DNA from: Balanoglossus misakiensis
Lineage: Eukaryota; Animalia; Hemichordata
DNA: 64,000 nt
NCBI GenBank assembly: GCA_040954595.2
Contig: CM082592.2
Location: 11,292,017 to 11,356,016, forward strand
Direction of reading: 5' to 3'
The notes beneath the pieces were generated by a model. It was not told the DNA's origin. It was given only the letters and a program-made list of their open reading frames with translations, and did not search any database. A program made the position numbers and the translations under genes. Positions 39,401 to 51,300 of this stretch are shown here, piece by piece (position 1 is the stretch's first letter; each line of letters begins with the position of its first letter).

Positions 39401-40144
39401 TACATTGTATCTTGTCATATTACCCATATACATTTGTAGTACCATATATCTCCATTGTTTTTGTGGCTGTGTGGTCCATTGTACCCAAGTCCATAATTGT
39501 ATTCACTAATAAGATACTCTAGTTGAACAGTTGGTTTTCTCTATTTTTTTCCGATCACAGGCACATACAATGTACCAAGTTGGTCTGATGGAGACAGACA
39601 CCCACATTGAGTATTTCTGGAATGCCTTGGAAAGTTTCTCACAAGAGGAACTGTGTAAATTTGTGAAATTCGCCTGCAATCAAGAGAGAATTCCCTGTAC
39701 ATGTCCCTGCAAAGATGGAAGTTCGGACACCGCTCATGTCCCGCCTTATCCCATGAAGATCGCTCCTCCTGATGGACCAAGTGGTAAGATCTCTCATCAT
39801 TTAACCCTTTCACCTCCATTACCCTCTTTCGAGGTTCCACTTCACCATAGGAAACAATGGATTTTGACAGATTTAGACGTGCAATTCTTGGTTATATCTG
39901 CCTGACTTGTGGTCACCATATCTTGTAAGTTAAAGTTTGTACAGATTTAGATCTGCTTGTGTATTTTATCTCCCTCAACACTTGAACTTGACTTTACATT
40001 CTGACAGGTTCACCAGACACCAGATTTATTCGTGTTGAGACCTGCATGTTCATGATCAAGCTCCCCCAGTACTCCACACAGCAGATAATGACCCAGAGGC
40101 TGCTGTATGCCATCAACTGCCGGGAAGATCCACTCAGTGGTTGA
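15404..40144 (+). CDS. HECTD4: Giant HECT E3 ubiquitin ligase HECTD4, about 59 coding exons
   Basis: N-terminal QWLSVTEETLFLHDGLLRVTD, ETIHPVRDNYKF, a SPRY domain (FYWEVEICSYG...DIAGCGW...FTYNG), a 2.1-kb exon at ~34250-36361, and a HECT domain ending RFIRVETCMFMIKLPQY...AINCREDPLSG* (TGA 40142-40144). These match remembered vertebrate HECTD4 sequence. Confidence 0.93.
29552..29620. repeat. (TGTC/TG)n simple repeat in a HECTD4 intron
   Basis: gtgtctgtctgtctgtctgt...gtgtctgtctgtgt. Confidence 0.7.
33395..33463. mobile_element. Degenerate MITE copy in a HECTD4 intron
   Basis: ...ggtccaatttgaccattaaaatcaatgagaatggaccgaaccatggttgtgaaagggtgaa matches the reverse complement of the 56656 copy. Confidence 0.6.
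39801..39880. mobile_element. Degenerate MITE copy in the last HECTD4 intron
   Basis: Starts TTAACCCTTTCACC. The internal ccacttcaccataggaaacaatgga is similar to other copies; the right end has decayed. Confidence 0.55.
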
Positions 40145-43100
40145 AAGTCGAGAGGATTTACTGTAATCTTCAATGAATATGGAAAACTTATTGAGATGTG
40201 ACAAAACATGTATTTTTATGGTGCTATTGTACCAGTGAATGTACAGTCTGTTAATTTTGGCTTAAATTTTGAACTCCCATGATGCACCTGTCATACTCTC
40301 ATTCTATTTACCCTGTGTATGTTTTATATTGTGAGAAATGTAATTTTAGTTCAGCACTTACATATCCATTTTTTTCCTGACAACTGGTTTATTTCTGCAT
40401 ATCCATATTTTTCATTTTCAGGCTTTTTTATTATTTCTTATAAACGGTATTATCTTTTTACAAAGCAAATCAGTGCTCACGAATGTCAATTCATAAATTC
40501 AGAGTAGGACCTTAAGTTGCCAAATACATGTACATAACACGCTTGAAATGAAGTCAGGTCATTGGTATCACACATAAACAAGGTAAAAAAAACCAGACCC
40601 ATGAAATAAGATTGTTGTATTTTCAACACATAAGTGTAAGTTGTGAAAACTCCTCATAGCTACTTTAAAAAGTTAAAGATTTTATAAAATGTGTGTTGGC
40701 TGATGATGCAACCAAAGAAATTGAAAGTTACATTTATGGGGAAATAACAATGTTTGAGTTAGTGTGATAGTCTTGCATTGAGCAATGTATGCATCTAAAT
40801 CTTAAGAAATGCCTGTAGTTTGGTTTTTGGCTGTGATAGTCATTCATGTGTTCCTCATCTTTTGCCATGCAACTAGCCATGTGCAAAGTGTAACCATATC
40901 TTCCTATCCCAGAATGTAGATGTTTTCTTGCGCAATTTTCCCAAGTGTTTGGAAGACTGCGAGGTTCATAGGTCATGGTATTAGACGGCCATCTTTCAAG
41001 AAATGGTATTGGTGTGAATGTCTTAAGTAAAGATATTCTAACAGGTGGGGCGTATCTTCTTTCTGTAACATTTCAAATTCAACATGAGTTCTGTCAATGG
41101 ATAAAGATTCATCAATTCAAATCAAAGGTTATTGTTTATATGCAGGTAGAGTTAGTTGGCTGTGTTTTACATAGAGGTAGATTTCAGTAGAGGGAAAATT
41201 GAACCAAGCCATGTGGCTTTGGTCGAAGTAGTCAATAGGGCTAAGCTTTGTGTTTAATTCAATGCAAAATGCATTAGAATGAAATATGCACAATTTCAAA
41301 GGTCAGGTCGCGGTGCATCTTATGGAAAAATGTGAATTTTTGTTTGTGTATGTATGTACAAGTTAGTGTGAGAGAAATGAATTGAAAAAATAAAATGTGT
41401 AATGTTATTCAGTGCAGCCACGTGTCAGTGGTGTGATTTCTTGAGCGGATCTGCTGATTAGGAAATATTAAAGGTAAGTTGTCAACATTTGAAAATGCTT
41501 TCACTCTGCTTCCAACATTTGTGAATTGTGTGACTAGTTGAAATCTAAACCATTTCTTTTCCACTTTCAGAGAGATCACAAGAAAGATTTATCCAGCTCT
41601 AGGGCGAAATGATTAGCAAAACTGCCATTCAACAAGATAGGTAATAAATGTGTGTTTTATTTGACAAACAAAATGCCAGGATGTACAAGTCACCGGGGGT
41701 CATGAAATGTACTGGTATATATCTACTGCACATGTTACAATGAAACAAAGCACCACATTCTTTTTTTGTTTAAATTATTTTAATATTTAGAGCTTTTAAT
41801 TGCCACAATATACATCACATGAATTTGCAATGTCAACCTCCCGCCCCTCCCAAAAAAAAGTTTCCCCATTCTAAAATTATGCCCATCACCACAAAATAAC
41901 CACTTTCTGTCTCCTTTGTTTTCAAGACAAAAAATATTGACAGATTTTTCTCATTGAGTTTGGCCGTTAACTTGCCAAGTTTCAGGGAAACTCTACAGAG
42001 AAACATATTGTTTCTTCACACTACATGTTTCATATTCACAAACTATCCCATACCACTGAATTATGTAAAATTCCCCCAAACTGATTTCACTGTGAAATGA
42101 AACAGGCAAGAAAAACCAGAACCAGCCAAGTTAACTGCCTAATTTGAATATCTTGTAATGGGAATTTTTACACTGAAAGTTTTCTGAAAAAATGGCAAAA
42201 AAGTAAACATATATATACTGTAATATACACAAAAGATGGTTAAACAATAAGCAATTACTTTCCAGAACTCAAAACAAACTGCAATAAGAAAAGTCACTAA
42301 ACAAGAAGCTAACAGTACAGACATATTATTTTTTAGGTGCCTGAAGCTACACTTCCACAATAATACTGCACAAGTATAGGTGTGTCAAAAAAAATAAAAC
42401 TGGTTCTTTGTTGATTGACTGATCTCTGAAATTGTGGAGAAAGTCTTAGTGGTACAGGGTGTTCATAGATCTACATGTATTCGACAAAATATTCCACATG
42501 GCAGCTTTCTTGAAACACAATCACCTGTAACTGAAATCTGTCATCAATTTATGGCACTTGTACATCATATTCCCATCATTTTGTTGAATTTGCAATGACA
42601 CATGTGAGATCAGAAAACCAACATTTATGAAGAGTTTGTTGACATCTGGAATTTTACACAGGTGACCAAGAGCAGGACAACCTGTCATTGCACTTTGACC
42701 TTTGTGCAGACTTCACCAGGCAGAGTTCTTCATTCAAGTCGGTTTTGTGTGAGTCATTTTATTTCAAGAAAAACTCTGGATTCTGAAGTCCAGAATTTTT
42801 CGAGTGATTTGGCAAGTATTTTTGTCATGGTCATTGACATTGTTCGATTGCAAACAAAGTGTAAGTGGCTATCAAATCAGGACTTTTCAGGCTGAGACAC
42901 ATTTTCAAATTCCAGGATTTTCTAAGAGTGCTGACTTGTTGCCGCATTTATTAGAGTTTCAGTACAAGTATCGTATCCACAGACCATTTCACTGCAATTA
43001 CATATACTTCAAAAGGTTTGCAGAATATGGGCTAAATAAATGAACACCACGTCTGGTTTCAACTGTCATAATACTAAAAAAAAATTGATATGAAAGTTTG

Positions 43101-43727
43101 ACAAGAAAGATTATATTTCTCATCAACAACTAATTGAGTATTTAACCCTAGACAATATTAACATACTGCTTGCAATAAATTGATTGTAAATTTTGAAAAC
43201 AAAAACAAAAACTGGTTCTGTAGGTTCAGACAGCATTCTCGCATTCTAATTAAATATGGCTCCTGATACAGTTGACATACACCGTAAACATAGCCCCTTT
43301 TTTCAGGAATACTTTCTGGGACAAACTTGTCCAAACACAACAGCCCAGATGCAGGATTATTCAATAAGGGTTGTCACCTTTAAAGAAACCCTGAATTCCA
43401 TAAATAATACTTTTCTACAAGTCTGTAATCTGTGATGGTTGAAATATTTCAATCATCACATTTCAATTCTGATCAGGTTTTGTTCCAGGTGCTAAAAAAT
43501 TTGACTTTCTCATCAGAAAGGCTACCCCAAACATCTATGAGAATCATTCTCGTGGGGCAAAAGCTATTTCTCCCAGGGAGTAACAGTCATCATAAATATT
43601 TTTTTCTTTTTTTGGGGGGTGTAGTGGCTGTTATTCTGGTCGAAGTTTTGCCGTCTTTGGCTCAAGAGCAACGTGAAGCCAGGTCAATGTCCATGTTGTT
43701 GTAGCTGAGATGGGGTGTGATGGGCAC

Positions 43728-45075
43728 TCAGGCGATTAACAACCAAAACATAAACAGCAAAGCCACCCAAAGGAAAATCCTGGACAGGAATTGTTCTTCT
43801 TCATTCTGTGGAGTTCCTGGTGCAGCTGAAACACAAATGGAGAATAAATTCACTACAATTTACAATTTATGGTGAACCAGTACTCAAACAAGCAACTTTT
43901 GAGCACAGATCAAGGCCTCAAAGGAGTGTTCGGTTTGATGTTTTTACCTGCTCTGGGCCTGCCATCATTGAAGTTGAAGGTTGATGCAAATATTCCAAAA
44001 GGAAATGCGCCTATACCAAATGACATCTGAAAACCACCATCTCCAAAACCAAACCCTTGAAAAGGCTGAAAAGAAAACAGAAATTTATTAAAAGAAACTG
44101 CTGAATAATTATTATGTATAATTTTCTTGTGTCATCATTGTGTTTGTTGCATCAGTGAGATGTTCATATTGGCTTCAATCTGTTTCATTACAGTGCTGTT
44201 GTTTTTCTCATAAATGTAGTTTGGAAGACTTCTTACCCCATGTGTTTCTGGCTCTGGCCTTTGACCTGGTGGCCTTGGAGGTAATTTTTGCCTGTTGGAT
44301 ACAATGGGCAATATTCATTGAGACACAGCATCATGGAAACACAGAAAGACACAGAAGCGACGGAGATCATTAGGCAAAGATAGAAGAAGCCACATCAAAC
44401 GTTGGATCATACCTTGGGTCTTCCTGTTTTGCATTCCCTCTTCCGTAAAGAGGTATTACTTTATCTTTGCTGATACCGGCTTTACACACCGGACACAGTT
44501 GTCTGTTTGGTCTCGTCTCCAACCACTGATGTAAACAAGGCCAGCTGTGATAGAATGGGAAAATGTCAGAATCAAACCAATGAAGTATCATTTTATTATT
44601 TCTGAAATAATGGCAAATTGATGGGTACCCATACAATAAAATACGTGACAACTATTATACACAAACTGACTGATTTACATGTAATTGTAGTGGCCCCTAT
44701 AAACATGTCAAACATGAATATTTACCAGTATTCACTGTGTACGATAAAACAAGTACATTCACACATTGACACAAGGTCGAGAGAGAACGAGAGTCTGTAC
44801 AGTGTAACCAGTAAAGCTGACGTGTCTCTCAAACTTGTGGCCAAAATGTCGATTTCGTTTGTTTTCCAAGTAAACTGAACTGGTTTCTCAAAAATACAGT
44901 GTACAACTACTCACCAGAATAAATGACCACAGTAACTTATGACGGCATCCCTCGCTGTATCGAGACAAATATTACACTCGAAGACTTCATTACCCTCCTC
45001 TGACGCAGTCGGGCTGGCACCTCCCGAAGCTCCTGATGATGCCCCCGCACTCGACTCGGAACCCTGTGCTCTCAT
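43728..45075 (-). CDS. RNF185: ER-membrane RING E3 ligase RNF185 (RNF5/RNF185 family)
   Basis: Exons 45075-44915, 44544-44413, 44291-44237, 44065-43948, 43825-43728 join in frame. [50 protein letters not shown], then [23 protein letters not shown] and a C-terminal TM segment [22 protein letters not shown]. Confidence 0.94.
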
Positions 45076-45149
45076 TTTGTCAGTTTCAATACTTACTTTT
45101 TGTGTCAGACAATCACGCCTATAAAACCGAAAGACTTTTAAAACCACAT

Positions 45150-45510
45150 ATCAGCGATTTCTACGCGAATTTGCGGATTTTGGACACAATATTGACCCAG
45201 TGCACAGATCTCTAGCTCACGGAAATAGCACCTGTGTACGTGTATGGTTGTTCGGTGTATATACTCCTACACTAATGATAGCACTTTTAGGGTTTCATTT
45301 CAACATGATCAGATGTGGCGTTGCTGAAAGAATGTAACTTCCCCTAGAGATTATATTTTTGTCTAATCCTGTTGCATTCATTGCTTTTCAATCTACATAA
45401 TCTGACTTCTTGCCATAAAATACAAACTTTTCTTTTCTCTAAACCCGGAAGCAGAAACTCATGACGTCATTTATGCAAATAACCTTGTTTACATCCGGGC
45501 AATTTCTGAT
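45150..45510. promoter_or_regulatory. Probable bidirectional promoter for RNF185 and EIF4ENIF1
   Basis: Lies between divergent genes. CCGGAAG (ETS) at ~45445, a perfect CRE palindrome ATGACGTCAT at 45461-45470, an octamer ATGCAAAT at 45473-45480, and locally more CpG. Confidence 0.55.
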
Positions 45511-48275
45511 GTTTCTCCATTACTGTGCTGTTCCAAGTTTTCACATTTTTGTTGTCGAAAATTTCGTGGAAAATGTTAGTGAAATTGTTACTTTAGCGAT
45601 ATTCAACGCCTTTAGAATTATTCCTTGCTTTTCTAACCCGCACCTAGTGGATATTTAGTCGGTCTGCGTGTCTTGGAGTTGCTTATATAGGTGCTCTTTG
45701 CGCAGAAGGGTTACAACCGAAACAACGTGGCAAGCTAGCTGCTCTGCAAGCCCGTGTCTGCTTCTGAGGTTAGACATTTTTGTTTTTATTTTATGTGTGA
45801 CGACATAGAGAGGGTAGCTCTGTTATATCAAAAATATCATTATCTTACAAAACATGAGGTACTATTCTCTGTGCTGCTTTACAAAATGTCACCGTTCAAG
45901 ATGGTAAATTTGAAATGTCTTCGTCATACTCTTCCTGTCTTGGTCAGTGTTATTTTGTTGTGTCGTGCGAGTCTGCATATTCATAACGTACAGACCCTGC
46001 ACCAACCTCGGGATAAACGCAGGTCACACAAACGTTGGTACATAAAAAGTCGTGTGTCCTAGAAACATATAACAGACGGTAGGTTTCAAGAAGTCTTTCC
46101 CAGGTTTTGTTGTTTTCTGGAAGTGTTTTGTTTTCAAGTTCACATCTTAGCAGGAAGTGACAATTCGCACCCTTTGTTTGCTGTGCCTTTATCTGTTTAT
46201 GCGAGTGACACACTTGTTATTTAACAAAGATAACTGACTTAACATGTTAGAATGATGTTCCCATGAAACATTTAACGTGCGAGTGTTTTGATGTACATCA
46301 AATAGCCATATGACCTACATATGAAATATACAAGCTCACTACACTTACTTGTGAAATCGACAGCCAATCTCATTATTAACCCAGTTTACTCATTTAGTAC
46401 ACAATGCAGTCATTGTGGTAGAGTTGTACACACACTATTTTGGTAATATTGTGATAGTCTATACCTGGTGGTATTGCGCATGTCTTTTATTGTTTGTTAC
46501 AAATCGGTGTCATTTATATGTCACTAAAAGCTCCTGACCTCAACATGTTATGTACTACAGTACACAAAGGAATATTGTAATTGTGAAGCTTAACTGTTGC
46601 TTCATGGTTACATGTAATTAGTTTATTGATAAATAGTAAATGGTGCACAACCATACTGACTTGGAACAAAAATAAATTTGTAACCTGAAAGTACTTAAAA
46701 ATTCCAGGCTGATTCCATAACCTGTATTGCTAGCATACACATGCAGATTACACTGTATTACTGCTGAGCTGATTCACACAAAAAGTCCATGTAAGGGTAC
46801 CTCCTGTAGTTCCATGGCTAGTTTCATCACTGTAACTATGGCAACAACCAGTACCTGGTTTAAATGACCTGGCTCATAAGCTGATAAATTTTACCAGGGT
46901 ACCTCACCATTTTACCTGATTGACCTGAATTCATTTTAAAGAGAGAATCATCTTACTGAGTAGTCGCTTCTAATTCCGGGACAGAGGTTTTAACTTCTGA
47001 CATTATACATGTATGACCCTGTTTATCTCACAGGAAAGTCGTGTATGTTTACTGATTGAAACCTGCTGAATCTATCAGTTATCAAATCTCTACTGATGCC
47101 GAGCCTCCAGGCATAACATATGAAAGATGACGGTATGACAGAACCTAAGAACCTCTGCACTATCCGTGCGGTTCAGAAGTTATTTTCACGAGTGAGACTG
47201 TTCTTATTCTTTCAGTTCTTCATATCAACACAGTAAAGTGAAAGTACAAGAGCATGCTCAGCAGAATAGGCAGATCACATGAATTTTTAGCATTAAACCC
47301 TTAAAATCCCTTAATACCCACTGATATCTATAAAGAAAGATAAATATTGTAATTTCTCACCTGAAATAAAAAATATATGTAGCTAAAATATCTTATCTAA
47401 TTATCAGTGGCGCTATCCTGATAACAGATCAGAATGATTTAATATCATGTTTTTTGGGAGTATCAGAAGTCTTGCATGTTTACGTATACTTTGATCCAAT
47501 TTACATTGTGGGAGGAACGTGGCTGCACATAACAAGATTGACCTTTTTGTAAACTGGCATTTTGCCCTTGACAGAACACTGTCACAGTAAAGAAAATCAA
47601 CATCTGATGTCAGGCTTCAATTAAATTTGCTTACATTGTTTGCGTGACCCAGACATTTGTCTTAATCCCCTGTCATTCTTCTTGCACAAAATATAGCAAA
47701 TATAATTGAGTAATAAAAAATGATAAAATTATTTTTTACAAGTTGTTTCATTTGCTTCTGTGTTACACATTCGTTTGTGGATAATTAGCATGAATGCATC
47801 GACTTAGGTGGTTGTTAATCTCAGGTCATTGTAAAAGGATCTTATGTGTACTTCAGGCATTGATTTATTGTGAATTATGTAAGTTCTAAAATGGCAGCCT
47901 ATCTAAGCAATATAACTCTGGCAGTAGCATTACATCTCTGGTTTTAATTTCTCTGAATGGAACATTATCATGTTGCTGTTATTTCCATAGTTGATTGTGC
48001 TGTATGCAAATCTCTTGTTAATTCAGTGGGTATTGTTCAGTTGTGCTGATGTTTGTAGTGAATTTGTTTTTTTTGGAATCGATCTCCAGAGTATACTGAA
48101 CATCATACAGCTAATTTTTGACCGAGAAATTTATCAAAGCATCTTTTCACTGAAATTCATTGCAGTGTTTCATCCCTTTCCTTTAATTAAATGTTTTTTT
48201 TTCGTGGAGATTTGACATTTAATTATAACTCCCAGTCCCAGCAGTGTCTGCATTGCATCCATGGATTCATTTGGT

Positions 48276-48296
48276 TCATCATCATCATCATCATCG

Positions 48297-48344
<48 letters not shown>
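48276..48344. repeat. (TCA)n trinucleotide microsatellite, intronic
   Basis: About 23 TCA units with one TCG interruption, ending ~25 nt before the acceptor at 48369. Confidence 0.95.
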
Positions 48345-48371
48345 CTAATTTTAAAATATTTTTCCCTAGAA

Positions 48372-51300
48372 ATGGAAAGCAACTGCAAGACAGAAGAAAC
48401 ATCCAAGAATGAAAATGAAGAACAAAATACTGAAACAAAAGATGCTAGAAGGAAATCTCTGAGTCACCAATATTCAAAGGTAAAAAGGCAGAGGTGTTAC
48501 CACTTGTCAATTTTCCTTCTGCTGTTGTGATGTACATGCCTAGAGATACGTTTCCTATCAGTGCATCCCTGTGACTCCTGTTCATTGTTAAATGTTACAA
48601 AGTGTGCTTCATAACAAATACTGTAACAGTTGTTAGTGACAAAATTCAGCCTCTGAGTATGCATCGTCCTCCCCCCTTCCCCATCATGTGTCCTGGCTGA
48701 TGTGGAATAGAATAAGCCAATACATTAGAGAAGAGTAGGTTTCAATGCAAATGGTTGATATGGCTCATCAGATTTAGCACAGTGCAACATCTTTCTGACA
48801 AGTACAAATTGAATTCTGACTTGATTGGTCTCATGATGCTTGAAATAGATTCTTCTTGAACTGACAAATGATCCTTACTTTCATTCATTGCACAGTTTCC
48901 ACATTTGTATTTGAGGACATCGTAATATTTTGCATTTGATAACATTAGCATAAATCTGTAGACTAGTATATCAACACTGTGTTCATTTCAGTATTGAATT
49001 AATTATGGTACCCTGGTAAAACCACAGGGCAGCATTTTCTAAAGGGAGACATTTAATCCTTTGCAAAATCTGTGTCAGTGTGTTTTTTGCACTCGTGTCT
49101 TATATCACAAATGTGTAGAATGATTCCAGGTTTCCTTAATTTTGCAGAGAAATTCATATTTGATGTTATAGCTGCAAAGCAAGATTAGAATTATTCTTAT
49201 CCTTATTTTCCTTTTTTTTTTTCGTTCCTTTAGGATGAGTTATTAGATTTGTGCGCAAGCCCGGCAGCCAGTGTAAGACCATCATGTCTTTCTCAAGATT
49301 TCGATGGGTAAGTTTTATCCCTCGCATCAGATGAATTCTATAATTCATAGCTCACTGTCCTCTATGGAGGCAGTTCCTTGAATGTTCAGATCAGGCCCAT
49401 TGATTGCTTGGATATATAAGAACTGGCTCATCTTTATTAATTAATTGTTGGATCTACATTCATGAAAATGGGGATATTAGGACCGTCCCTCAAGAATACT
49501 TACTCTATCCACTGACCACTTGTGTCGCTATTTTATACCCCTTTTCTCTGGTTTAATACAGACCTGATGGCCGATGGGATCCTGAGAGATGGCATGTGCA
49601 TCTCTCTGGTAGAAGATCAAGGGGCTCATCGCCAACCCTAATGCTAGAACGACGACCAAGTGATTTAGAAAGAGAGTTATTCCGCAGGAGACCTTCAGGT
49701 AACCTTCTGTGGTATAATCTTGTGTGTATTGCTCTTCAGAGCATGTGTTGTATGTGGTTTTGTTTGTACTGAGGAGTGTTCAAATTTCGGCTTTCACCTA
49801 TTGAACTTCTGATGTTACCAATTTACAGATGCCAAAGAGAGGATCAAGGAAGAAAGAGACGGGATCGTTCTTAGTCCTCAGCGTCGCAGCTTCGGTCACG
49901 GTTGCCAAGTATCTGCACAGAGTGCATTCACCCGACGTTCCGGGAGTCCACTGGAACAGAAGGAGGGAGACTCAACCAGCAGTAATCAGACACAGAGACG
50001 CATTGGCAGTGGGAGGCTGACTAATAGGACTAGGTCCCTGGATTATGATGACAGAGCTGCCACCAGACAGGTCAGAGAGAGATATGATAGAGACTATGAT
50101 CATGAGAAAGATGGAAGATTTGACAGATATGGGCCTAAAGATACCAGGCGACTGACAAGAACTGAAGGTAAGATATAATTTATATTGCGTATAAAAAATA
50201 AATAGTGTGAAAAGTGACCTACTTCTTTGAATCTGTAGCTTAGGGCATGTACATGGCTCAGTATGAGGGCAGTGATACAGTTTTTGATCCTGTAGTTAAG
50301 ACATGCACAGGTCAGAGTAAACGTATATGTTCAGCAGTATTAAAACCATACACATTTTGCGTCCTCATTTTCTTCAGCTCGACGCCATTACAACAGAGAG
50401 CCAGAACCAGAGTGGTTTTCAGCGGGTCCGTCGAGTCAATCGGAAACAATTGAATTGCATGGATTCCAGACTGAAGACCTGAGGAAAGATGGTGGACCAG
50501 ACTATACTCCTAATAAAGGTAAGAGCAATGTATTAAGTTGCAGGAATGTTTTGTTTCTATTTTGGTTTCATTGATAATAATATTACTTCAAACTTGTACT
50601 AAACATGTTAATCCAGCGAGTACATGAATCCTATTTTGTATTTCTGCAGTGATGATAAGTATCAAAAACCGCAACGGAAGCTACGAAACACATCATTCCA
50701 GCTCACCAGAGACTTCCCGTGACCATGACACGAGTTCAGCCGCAGCAGAAGATCAAAACTTCGATATCAACCAGTTCTTCAGCTTCAATGACACCATACC
50801 TGGTCTACCAGAGGTCAGTTCACATTCATCCTCATTCGAAACCTTTTATAAGCATTTGAACAAAGATTCTTGTGAGCCATGTTACCGACATGCCAGATCA
50901 TGAACTACTTGTAATCATATGTGCTAGTTTTATATGTAAGAAGTCCCCTTTACTTACGTGTGTGACAGATCGTGGATACCCCAGAAGTTGGCGAAGCTTC
51001 TCAGACTAGCAGATTTAGCCAATGGTTTTCATCAGGTGGCAATCGCAGTCGTAGTAGCAGCCACAGTGGGGGAAGCAGAAGATCCACTCCTCATGAGGAG
51101 CTGGAATCTCTACATGGTAAGTTCTGTGGTGTTCATCAATGTGCTTGATTACAAGATAAACTTCATTGAACATTTTCGTGCCTTATAGGAATCATATTGA
51201 AAGACATATGATCTCTCAGACAATTTCTGAAAACAGTAATGAAATTAATGAATAAATATTTGTCAACAGATTTCTCCAACCGAAGTAATCCAATACCATC

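Noticed and set aside
43656-43730. Possible read-through of the RNF185 TGA
   Set aside because: The context TGA-GTG is not a known leaky motif, and no SECIS element is evident.
48170-48530. Poly-D, poly-M, poly-I and poly-S ORFs
   Set aside because: Translation artefacts of the intronic (TCA)n microsatellite.
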